Assembly (NCBI GenBank): GCA_030524525.1
Contig: JAUNGI010000002.1
Location: 103,350-167,349, forward strand
Direction: 5' to 3'
Length of the DNA stretch: 64,000 bases
DNA from: Lachnospiraceae bacterium
GTDB taxonomy: Bacteria; Bacillota; Clostridia; Lachnospirales; Lachnospiraceae
Part shown: positions 7,857 to 17,400 of the stretch, piece by piece
Position numbering within the stretch: the stretch's first letter is position 1
Layout of the letters: each line of letters opens with the position of its first letter
Program-made: the position numbers and the translations under genes
The notes under the pieces: generated by a model
Seen by the model: only the letters and a program-made list of their open reading frames with translations
Told to the model about the DNA's origin: nothing
Database searches by the model: none

Positions 7857-9983
7857 ATGAACGGTGATATTCGAATTCTGCTTTTGCTCTGTATTCCTCT
7901 TTTGGGAAGCTTCCTTTGCTATGGGCTTGGGAGAGGGGAGGAGACGGCCGCCGGTTCGCTTCGCGTGCGGCTGCGGGACCTTCTGTTCGTTGCCGTCTGC
8001 GGAGCCTGCTTCGGACTGTCGCTCTGGCTTGCCGTTGCCGCCGACGGCGGGGCGGAGGTTTCGCTTCGCGTGGCGAAGGTCTGCGGAAAGGGCATGAGCT
8101 TTACCGTGGACGGCTTCCGGGGCCTGTATCTTGTGCTTTCGAGCTTTGCGTGGTTCATGACCGCGCTGTTCTCCATGGATTATATGCGGCGGGAGCATCG
8201 CCGGAACCGCTATTATTTCTTCGTGCTGTTTACGATGGCGGCGACGCTCGGCGTGTTCCTTTCGGCGGATCTGTACACCACGTTCCTGTTCTTTGAGGCC
8301 ATGTCGCTGGCGTCCTACGTCTGGGTCGCGCAGGAGGAGACCGAGGACGCGCTGAGAGCGTCCAAAACCTATCTGGCAGTCGCCGTGATCGGCGGTCTGG
8401 TCATGCTGATGGGACTGTTTTTGTTGGAGCATCTTGCGGGAACGCTGACGATCTCCGAGCTGTATGAGGCGTGCCGGGGCGTAACGGACAGGAACCTGCT
8501 CTATGCGGCGGGGGGCTGCCTGCTCTTTGGCTTCGGCGCAAAAGCCGGCTGCTTTCCTCTGCACATCTGGCTGCCGAAGGCGCATCCGGTGGCGCCCGCG
8601 CCCGCATCCGCGCTGCTTTCCGGTATCCTGACCAAGTCCGGTATTTTCGGTGTGCTCGTGCTGGTCGGACAGATCTTCCGTCACGATGCGGATTTCGGGC
8701 TTGTGGTGCTCTGGCTCGGTACGGCGACCATGGTGATCGGGGCGCTGCAGGCGCTGTTTTCCACGGATATTAAGCATACCCTTGCATGCTCCTCCGTTTC
8801 GCAGATCGGCTTTGTGCTGGTGGGCGCCGGGGCTGCGGGCATTCTCGGAGAGGACAATGCGCTTGCGGTTCGGGGGACGATCCTGCATATGGTGAACCAT
8901 TCCCTGTTCAAGCTGATCCTGTTCCAGATCGCCGGCGTTGTGGTCCTGAACCTCGGCGTACGGGGGCTGAACGAGATCCGGGGCTTCGGCAGAGGCAAAA
9001 AGCTGTTTGGCTTCGGCTTTTTGACGGGGGCGCTGGGCATCGCCGGAGTGCCGCTGTTTTCCGGCTATGTTTCCAAGACGCTGCTGCACGAGGCTCTTGT
9101 GGAATGCTACCGGCTGACCGGAAACGGCATGTACCGGGGGCTGGAGTGGATCTTCCTCCTCTCCGGCGGCTGTACGCTCGCATATATGCTCAAGCTGTTC
9201 GTGGTGCTGTTCGTTCGCAAGCCGTCGCGGGAGGTGCTGGCAGCGGAGCGGAAATCCGCGGCGAAGCGCGGGCGCCGGGGCGGAGCCTTTGCGGGCGGAT
9301 ATCTGGGAATTTGCGGCGGCATTGCCATTGCCGTGCCGTCGGTGCTGATCCCGCTGCTGGGCGTGTTTGCGGGCCGCCTGATGGACGGCATTGCCGACCG
9401 GGCGCAGGGCTTTGCGGGCGGCGTTTCTCCGGAGCATGCGGTTTCGTATTACGCTTGGGGAAATTTGAAGGGCAGTCTGATCTCGATCGCTCTGGGAATT
9501 TTGGTGTATTTTCTGATCGTTCGTCCCGCCACCGAGCGAAGGACGGAGGACGGAGAGATCGTTTATGTGAATCGGTGGCCGTCGTGGCTGGACTTGGAGA
9601 ATCTGCTTTACCGTCCGCTGCTCCTGACGATCCTGCCATTTTTGGGCGCGGCGTTTGCACGCGTGTTCGACAAGCTTGTGGACGGGCTTGTGCGGCTCCT
9701 GAAAAAAACGCTGCTTCGTCCGGTCTATGCGGAAAAGAGCGGAAGCCTTTCGGAATCGGTCTGCAATCTGCTGGGGCATATCCTGAACGGAGGCGCGGCG
9801 GTGCTGAACGCCACCGTCCGCAGGAAGCGTCCGATCCCGTATCGTTATGTGGAACGCGTAAACCGCGCGCGAGAGGATCTGGGCGAGTCGGTGAAGCTGG
9901 TTTCCCGAAGCCTGTCCTACGGGCTGCTGGCGTTCTGTCTGGGGCTGATCCTTCTGCTGGTGTACCTGATCGTGTGCCTGTAG
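7857..9983 (+). CDS. mrpA: Antiporter-like subunit 4 (MrpA/NuoL-like) with a long C-terminal extension
   Basis: 708 aa with CFPLHIWLPKAHPVAPAPASALLSG and ACSSVSQIGFV motifs. The last ~230 aa contain long amphipathic stretches plus a terminal TM helix, consistent with a NuoL/MrpA-type lateral helix. Confidence 0.8.
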   Translation: MNGDIRILLLLCIPLLGSFLCYGLGRGEETAAGSLRVRLRDLLFVAVCGACFGLSLWLAVAADGGAEVSLRVAKVCGKGMSFTVDGFRGLYLVLSSFAWFMTALFSMDYMRREHRRNRYYFFVLFTMAATLGVFLSADLYTTFLFFEAMSLASYVWVAQEETEDALRASKTYLAVAVIGGLVMLMGLFLLEHLAGTLTISELYEACRGVTDRNLLYAAGGCLLFGFGAKAGCFPLHIWLPKAHPVAPAPASALLSGILTKSGIFGVLVLVGQIFRHDADFGLVVLWLGTATMVIGALQALFSTDIKHTLACSSVSQIGFVLVGAGAAGILGEDNALAVRGTILHMVNHSLFKLILFQIAGVVVLNLGVRGLNEIRGFGRGKKLFGFGFLTGALGIAGVPLFSGYVSKTLLHEALVECYRLTGNGMYRGLEWIFLLSGGCTLAYMLKLFVVLFVRKPSREVLAAERKSAAKRGRRGGAFAGGYLGICGGIAIAVPSVLIPLLGVFAGRLMDGIADRAQGFAGGVSPEHAVSYYAWGNLKGSLISIALGILVYFLIVRPATERRTEDGEIVYVNRWPSWLDLENLLYRPLLLTILPFLGAAFARVFDKLVDGLVRLLKKTLLRPVYAEKSGSLSESVCNLLGHILNGGAAVLNATVRRKRPIPYRYVERVNRAREDLGESVKLVSRSLSYGLLAFCLGLILLLVYLIVCL

Positions 9984-10011
9984 GAATTTTAAGAAAAAGA
10001 GCAAACCTTTG

Positions 10012-10046
10012 GAGGCATGGGAGCATTGTTCCCGTGCCTCTGTTTT
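10012..10046 (+). terminator. Rho-independent terminator of the mrp operon
   Basis: GAGGCATGGGA-gcattgt-TCCCGTGCCTC forms an 11-bp stem with one G.U pair, followed by TGTTTT. Confidence 0.75.
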
Positions 10047-10081
10047 ATGGAAATAAATTATTGTGAAAATGCCCAAAAAGG

Positions 10082-10110
10082 TTGACAAAACCATGCGAGT
10101 ATTGTATAAA
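10082..10110 (+). promoter_or_regulatory. SigA-type promoter of the SipW/TasA-like operon
   Basis: TTGACA (10082-10087), a 17-bp spacer, then TATAAA (10105-10110). Confidence 0.65.
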
Positions 10111-10124
10111 ATATACAGAGACGT

Positions 10125-10149
10125 TTCCGATTTCTGAGAAAAATCGGAA
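10125..10149 (+). promoter_or_regulatory. Leader hairpin 1
   Basis: TTCCGATTT-ctgagaa-AAATCGGAA forms a perfect 9-bp stem just downstream of the predicted transcription start. Confidence 0.5.
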
Positions 10150-10172
10150 CGAATATGTTTTTGGGGGATTAT

Positions 10173-10208
10173 GGCAGATTTTCGACGGGGAATAAATCTG
10201 CCTTTTTT
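10173..10208 (+). terminator. Intrinsic terminator inside the 5' leader (candidate attenuator or riboswitch expression platform)
   Basis: GGCAGATTT-tcgacggggaat-AAATCTGCC forms a perfect 9-bp stem followed by TTTTTT. It lies between the promoter and the ATG at 10245. Confidence 0.65.
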
Positions 10209-10244
10209 GATTTTCATTAGTTTTTCAGAAAAACGGAGGAGCTT

Positions 10245-10922
10245 ATGCAGGCCGGAAAGAAAAAAAAGATCCTTGGGATCGCCTGTGTTGCCGCACTGGC
10301 AGTTCTGACTGCCGCGCTGGGCGTTACGCTTGCGGTGCTGACCAAGGGAACGGAAAAGCGCGCGAATGTGTTTACGTTCGGCAACGTGAAGATCGAGCTG
10401 ACCGAGGACGAGTGGGATGAGCTGGAGCCGGGGGACACGATCGTTTATCCGGGCAGAACGGTAAAAAAGGACCCGAAGATTACCAACAGCGGAAAGAACG
10501 ATCTATACGCTTACATAGAAATATGGACTCCGACGGCGACGGTACGCACCGTTGCGGAGGACGGGGTGACGGTCAACGCTGCCGCGCCGTGCGAGCTGTT
10601 TGCATTTACGCCGAACAAAGGCTGGGAGGAGCTTTTCCCCAGCGATTGGGAGGAGGAGCGTACGAGCGGCGGAAGCACATATCGGGTACGGCTTTACGGC
10701 TATACCGCCGGAACGCTTGCGCCGGGAGAGAGCACGGCGACGCTGTTTGATGCCGTGACCTATGCGAATGTGCTGGAGGGTGAGCTGGAAAAGGACGCGG
10801 TTCTGCAAATGCCGGTCTATGCTTACGCCATCCAGTCGGATTATCTGAACGAGACCGGAAGCGAAGGAAAGGAAAAAATGACCGACGCATTCCAAAAATA
10901 CAGAGCGGCGGAGACAAACTAA
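10245..10922 (+). CDS. TasA/BsaA-like matrix/fibre protein with a SipW-dependent-type signal peptide (paralogue 1)
   Basis: 225 aa. The signal region KKKKILGIACVAALAVLTAALGVTLAVLTKG is followed by ANVFTFGNVKIEL, then YPGRTVKKDPKITNSGKNDLYAYIEI and a C-terminal VYAYAIQSD. A GGAGGAG RBS lies upstream. Confidence 0.8.
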   Translation: MQAGKKKKILGIACVAALAVLTAALGVTLAVLTKGTEKRANVFTFGNVKIELTEDEWDELEPGDTIVYPGRTVKKDPKITNSGKNDLYAYIEIWTPTATVRTVAEDGVTVNAAAPCELFAFTPNKGWEELFPSDWEEERTSGGSTYRVRLYGYTAGTLAPGESTATLFDAVTYANVLEGELEKDAVLQMPVYAYAIQSDYLNETGSEGKEKMTDAFQKYRAAETN

Positions 10923-10937
10923 AAGGAGGTTCGCGGT

Positions 10938-11474
10938 ATGAATAAGAAAAAGATTTTGCTCCTGATTCCCGCCTATCTCCTGTTGCTGGCGGCTTCCTTT
11001 GGCATTACTTACGCATATCTGATCAGTAAGGAAACCAAGGTGAACGAATTTACGGTCGGAGAAAATACCGTGGAGGTGAAGGAGACCTTCGAACCGCCGG
11101 AAGAACTGAAGCCGGGCGCAAGCATCCGAAAGGAAGTACAGATCACGAATACCGGAAACCTGCCCTGCTTCGTGCGCATCCGGGCGGACTTTTCCGACAG
11201 CAAGGCAAAGGAATTTTGCGAATATACGATCAACGCTTCTTGGGCGGACGGACAGGACGGCTGGTTTTATTACAACAAGCTCGTTCCTCCGGGCGAGACG
11301 ACGGAGCCGTTCTTTGACGGCGAGATCGTGATCAAAGAGCAGAAGGCGGACGGCAGCGCATACGATCAGGCGGATATGATCGAATTTGATATTCTGGTTT
11401 ATGTGGAATCGTGTCAGCACAGCGACCACACGGGCGACTGCGCGGACGACGAGTATCGCACGATATGGCAGTAA
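10938..11474 (+). CDS. TasA/BsaA-like protein with a SipW-type signal peptide (paralogue 2, shortest)
   Basis: 178 aa containing NKKKILLLIPAYLLLLAASFGITYAYLISKETKVNEFTVGENTVEV, then KPGASIRKEVQITNTGNLPCFVRIRA. An AAGGAGG RBS lies upstream. Confidence 0.8.
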   Translation: MNKKKILLLIPAYLLLLAASFGITYAYLISKETKVNEFTVGENTVEVKETFEPPEELKPGASIRKEVQITNTGNLPCFVRIRADFSDSKAKEFCEYTINASWADGQDGWFYYNKLVPPGETTEPFFDGEIVIKEQKADGSAYDQADMIEFDILVYVESCQHSDHTGDCADDEYRTIWQ

Positions 11475-11487
11475 AGGAGGGCGAGAG

Positions 11488-14400
11488 ATGAAGGCGAAAC
11501 GGCTGACAAAAGACGGACGCGGCACGGTAAGACGGCTGACGGCGCTTCTGATGGCGGTTTTGATGCTTGTGGGGCTGCTTCCGGCGGCTGCGGTCTCCGC
11601 CGCCGGCGACGACGCTTCGGGCGGTTTTGAACTGGAGCTTTCTTGGCAGGACGGGAGCACGGATTACGTCTACAGTGCCACAAGCAGCGAAAAAACGCTT
11701 GTCCGTCTGAAAATATCATACGAAAACAAGCAGATCGGCAGCGGCTACGAGCCGGGGAGCATCCTGATTACGGTTCCCGGCTTAAAGGGCGTGGTGCGCT
11801 CCGGTACGGCTTATATCCCTTACTCGGTAGCGGCGGATAAGGCGTCCGACGGGACTCGCCGGCATAACTGGAGCTATACCTACAGCTCCGGAACCGATAC
11901 CTTTACCTTTACCAACAATTTTGAAATTGAGGCAAATACGACGTTTCAGGGTTCCTTTGAGATCGTTTGGGAGCTTCCCTCGCGCGAGTGCGTGGACGGC
12001 TTTGAAAAGACCCTGCGGGCGGAGCTGACGACGCTTGCGGGCGAATCGACCGAAAGCGGGGAGGTTTCCTATCGGCAGGAGACCGCGACCGACGAGTATC
12101 AGATCGACGTGCTGGCAAGTCTGCTGTACAATACGAAAGGACTGACCGACGCTCTGCCCGAAGGCACCACGGCGGAGGACTACGCATGGATCCGCTACGA
12201 TGTGGTCGCTTCGAGAGCAACGCTTGCCAGAGGCATCGACGGCAGGCTGCGCTACGAGCTGTGGTTTCTGGACGGCGCCATCGTTCAGTATACGCCGGAC
12301 GACGGAAAGGTCGGGACGCTGACAAAGACCGATCGGACGAAAACGGAAACGAATAACGGTGTGGAGAACGTCTACCGCTGCTACACGATCGAGATCGCCA
12401 GCGACGACAACCCGGACTGGCTCGAACTGGAAAAGATCTATGCGGCATATCCGGTCGAAAAATACGGTAAATTTACCGACGAGAGCAATCCGATCCTGTT
12501 CGATGCGTATGCGGAGCTTTACGGAACGTACTGGGAGGAAGATTCGGAAAAGCTGTTGGCTGCCTGCGGCTGCGACTTTGGACATCGGGAGTACGAATTT
12601 GAACGGATCCCCGGCCAAATTTACTATGTCCAGAAAAGCCTCGACGGAGAATCGGCGGATTTTATCCGAAGACATTGTTCGTCATGCCTTGCGAACGGAG
12701 CCGTCAACGCAAAGCATCTCCGGGACGGAAGCTGCGTCTACGGGGCAACGTTTGAACTGGAACTGAATTACAGCAAAAATCCGCTGGACGACTGCTATAC
12801 CGACTATGACAGCTACGATCTGGAGCTGTGCGACGATCTTATGGACGTCCAGCTCTTGGACGGAAGCTACCGGCAGCTTTCGGACGACGAGTATCACTTT
12901 ACGTCCGTATACATACCGAGCGTGAACCAGATCTTTAATGAGGATCGTTTTCTGGAAGCCGGAAAATATGAGGTCAAGGTTTTTGTAAGGCATAAAAACG
13001 AGGCGGAGTTCGACGCAGCGCCGGTGAACGAGCCGATGAAGCTGTCGAACCGCAGTGCCACCGTTTCGCTGCCGGAGGATACGGTCGGCGTGAAGATCTG
13101 CGTCTACGGAATGGATTCCTGTTTCTGGACCAACGCGTTCCGGTGCGACTTTGTGCTTCATTCCGAGGACGATCAGATCCGCACCGACGGCGGACTGCTG
13201 GTAAACAATTTTTATTTCAAGCTATACGGCAACCTTGCGGGGGCGGAGCGCGAATGGGCGAACCCCTATACGAAAGAGCAGTACAGCGGCGACCGCGAAT
13301 ACGAGCGGGACATGGAGCTGTACGGAGCCGCGCTCGACCGCAAAAAGGCGGAGCTGCACATTCTGGATATTCCGAGCGAGTTTCGCGTTTCCAAGGTGAG
13401 CATCCGCGAGGAAGGAAGCGACCGATACGCCTTCCGTTTTATCGGAGACATCGACACGATGTTTGCATTGGGCGAGGGCGTGGAGCTGAGCGATTTTTCG
13501 GTCTATACGGTGATTCCCGAAGGGCTGCGGCTCGACGAGTTCTATGCCGACGGCGAGGCGCTTTCGGAAATTCTCAGCTACGCGAGCCCGGACTACACCT
13601 CGGCGTATCTGGCGGACCATGTGGAGATCACGGTCGAGGAAGACTGGCAGGGCAGCGGAAGACAGCGGGTGGAATTTCACTTTACGTTCCCGAAGCCCGT
13701 CCGCACCGACTCGGTCTCGATCTACGGACTGCCGATGTATATTTATAAGGAGAACGTGAAGCCGGAGAGCGGCACGATCGACCGGCAATATACGCTCTAT
13801 GCGGGCATGCTTGTGCATCAGGACGGCAAGTGGTATTCCCATTCCTTCGACAACAACGCGATGGAGGGCGGCGTCTGGAAGGATATGGACGGCGACGGCG
13901 ATTTTGCGGAATATGCTTCCCATGCCCACGGCACGGTCACGGTACAGAAGCCGGAGGAGAGCGAGCTGAAGCTGCGGAAGTCGATCATGACCGCAAAGAC
14001 CCACGGCTATGTGGAGATCGACTCGGAGAGCGACGCCGCGCGCACGAACGCGGGCGGAAGCTACTCGTACCGCATCAGTGTAAGTACGGACAAATCGCAG
14101 GCGAAAAATTTGGTGATCGCCGACATCATCGAGACTGCCGACGCGACAAAATGGCAGGGCACCTTCGACCATGTGGAGTGGAACGATCTGTCGGAGCAGG
14201 GAATCGTCGGAGAACCCACGGTCTATTATTCGGCGCAGGCGGAGGCGCTTGACGCCGAAAACGGCGTGATCGACCTGACTTCGGGGGGCTGGACCACCGA
14301 AAAACCGACGGTCGTCCGTTCGATCGCCGTCGATTTCGGAGATTCCGTGATCCCGGAGCACAGCGCGATCCAAGTGGAAATCTTTATGAAAGCGCCGGAG

Positions 14401-17400
14401 GATTCGGCAGACGCGCCCTATTATCTGATTACGAGGAACGAGAGCTGCGTTTATTATAAGGTCATGAACGATGACGGCGACTTTGTCGTTGACAAGACTC
14501 TGCCCTCGAACGCGGTCACGACGAAGTTTGTGCCCTATACGGGCAAGATCAAACTGACAAAGCGCGACGCGGATTCGGAGGAGCAGGTTCCGATTGCGGG
14601 CGCGGACTTTGCGCTGTACCGGCAGACGGGCGCGGCGCCCGACCCTGCCGCCGACGAGCGGATCGGAGTGTACACGACGGACGTCAACGGCAGGATCATC
14701 GTGGACGGACTGGAATTTGGAACTTATTACTTCAAGGAACTGACGGCGCCCGAAGGCTACGAGGTCGCCGAGGAGCTGTTTTTGGTCGATCTGAACGCGG
14801 ACAACAGCGTTACGGGGCAGGATATTACCCTGAAATACGATTTTGAGGAGCATCGGAAGACCGGCGAGGTCACGTTGAAGAAGGTTTCGGACAGAAATCC
14901 GGAGCTGGGGCTTGCCGGAGCCGTATTTTCGCTTTACACCGCCGACGGGACGCTCGTTCGGAGCGGTCTGACGACCGGAAGCGACGGTACGCTGACCGTT
15001 ACCGGCTTGGAGTGGGGCGATTATTACCTGATCGAGACCGAGGCGCCGAAGGGCTACGAGCTTTCCGGCGAAAAGATCGAATTTTCGATCAACGCCGAAA
15101 ACGACGCGGGCAGAACGCTTGGCGCGGACGGCGTGCTCGTTGTGGAAAACGAGCAGAAGCCGGCTTCGCTCCGCGTGGTCAAATCGGAGCTTTTGGAGGA
15201 CGGAACCAAGGGAACGGCGCCGGTTGCCGGAGCGTTCTACAGTTTGTACAATATGGAGGGCAAACTGCTCGGTACCTATAAGACCGACGAAAACGGCACG
15301 ATCGTCTTGGAAGATCTTGCGTTCGGAACGTATCTTCTGCGGGAAACCGCGGCAGCGGAGGGCTATCTGCTTGACACGGACGACGTTACGCTGACCGTGA
15401 CGGCGGATCATACGGACGAGGCATATGCGGAAGCGCATCCGGTTTCCGTTTATGACCGGCGGAGAACCGGAACGGTGTGGCTGCAAAAGCTCGACAAGGA
15501 CGGACGCGCCGTGCAGGGCGCGGTCTACGGTCTGTTTGACGCGGCGACCGGAAAGCGGCTCCGTGTGACCGGAGGAACGAACGGCTATGTGTACGACGAA
15601 GCTTCGTATCTTGGTACGCCGTCCGCCGGAGCGTTTGCCGAGCTGACCACGAGCGCCGAGGGCATTCTGGAGATCTCCGGTCTGTACTGGCACGAGTATT
15701 ACATAAAAGAGATCGAAGCGCCGAAGGGCTATGCGCTGGACGAAACGGAATATCCGTTTACGATAGACCGGACGGCCGTTTCCGAAACGATCAAGCTGAA
15801 TGTGAAGGACGACCGCATTCCCGGCTCGGTGGAGCTGGAAAAGCGCGATCCGTACGATCAGCCGATCAAAAATAACTCGGCGACGTTTACGCTTTACCGG
15901 AGCGACGGCTCGGTTTATCTGGATGATCTGGAGACCGACGAAAACGGCGTTCTTCGGGTGGACGGTCTGGAATGGGGCGGCTATTACTTCAAGGAGAAGA
16001 CCGCGCCCGCCGGCTACGCTCTGAGCGACGAGAAGGTACGGTTTTCCGTGAGCGGCACCACGGCGGGCAAGGTGCAGTATCTTGCCATCAACGATCCGGA
16101 ACAGAGCTGCAACCTGACCGTATATAAGAAGATCAAAAAATCCGAGATCGTGTTTGCGCACGGCAATCCGACCTTTACCTTTGAGGTGAAGCGGCTGGAC
16201 GGCGCGGATGCGGGACGGACCTATTATAAGGCGGTATCCTTTGGCGAGACTTACGTCAACACCCTGACGCCCGACGCGGAAGGGTACGTTATGGCGGCGG
16301 TTACGTTTGCGGACCTGCAGGAGGGCAGCTATTCGGTTGCCGAGGTCGGCACGAACCGCTGGCAGCAGCTTGGCGAAGCGGTGCTGGGCGCTGCGGACGG
16401 TGGGGACGTGAACGGCACGGCGGCGTCGTTCGAGCTGAAAAACGACATGACCGCCACGTTTACCAATACGAAAAACGATCAGAGCAAGACCTCGCATACG
16501 GCGCTCGCCACAAACATCTTGAAGCGCGCGCGCAGGCTGACGATGATCGTGGCGGAGTGGAACGGGCCGGAGACGGTCACGACGGAAACGATTGACACGA
16601 AGGAGCTCAAGGTCATCGCCGTGTACGACGACGGTTCGGAGGCGGAGATCGCCTATGACGAAACGGGCGCGTCCGGCTATGTGCTGGATCCGGATTCGTT
16701 TGAAACGGGCATTGACCGCGAGGAGGTGATCACGGTCACCTATTCCGAGAACGGCGTTACGCGAACCGACACCTTCACCGTAAACGTAAGCCGGGCAAGC
16801 CTGTTTACCACGAACTTTGTCGTTCCGACCTACGGAACGAGCAACGCTGCGGGCTATCGGATCGTTACAAAGCCCGAGAAATATACGGATGACGACGGAA
16901 CGGTTTACGACGGTCTTGTGGAGATCTCCGGTTATGTGGGCAGCTCCACGGTCGTTTCCTTCCCGGCGGAGATCATCGGACATATTGAGACCGGTTCCGC
17001 GGCGGAGGACACCGCGTATGCCGGAAAACACTTTAAGGTCGTGGGGATCTGCAAGACGGCGGACGACCGCTATATCGTGGACAGCAGCTACAACAGCTAC
17101 AACGGCCATACGATCGACGGAATGACCAACGTGACGGAGATCCGCTTTGCCGAAGGCATCGAATATATCGGCAACGGGGCGTTCAAGGATCTGAATCAGC
17201 TGAACTGTGAGCTGGAGTTTCCGAGTACGCTGCGGGCGATCGGCAGCTTGGCGTTCTTCCACGGGACTCCGACGAGTACGATCAAGGGCGATCTGTACAT
17301 ACCGGACAGCGTGACGAGGATCGGTCACCGGGCGTTTACCTACAACACCGGTCTGAACGGTACGCTGCACCTGCCGGACAACGAAAACTTTACAAGGATC

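Noticed and set aside
509-10046. The Mrp cluster as part of a hydrogenase (Mbh), Mbx or complex I operon
   Set aside because: No NuoB/C/D/H/I-, NiFe-hydrogenase- or ferredoxin-type genes lie on either side. sigG with its terminator is upstream, and a terminator followed by the fibre operon is downstream.
7683-10217. 844-aa ORF on the minus strand opposite the mrpA-like gene
   Set aside because: The translation is Arg/Gln/His/Pro-rich and low-complexity with no recognisable domain. It lies antisense to a gene with clear NuoL/MrpA motifs. Long stop-free antisense frames are expected in GC3-rich coding DNA.
10111-10244. c-di-GMP riboswitch (GEMM-I/II) in the fibre-operon leader, and likewise in the 45115-45252 leader
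   Set aside because: I looked for the conserved GGCAAAC...GACGCAAAGC (class I) and the class II pseudoknot blocks. Neither leader contains them, and 45115-45160 has only a loose GGCAAG...GACGAAGG resemblance. The terminator finding is kept, but no riboswitch class is assigned.
11386-11487. Upstream extension of the giant ORF (start at 11386)
   Set aside because: The extension overlaps the 3' end of the preceding TasA-like gene in another frame. An AAGGAGG RBS directly precedes the ATG at 11488, which is followed by a proper signal peptide.
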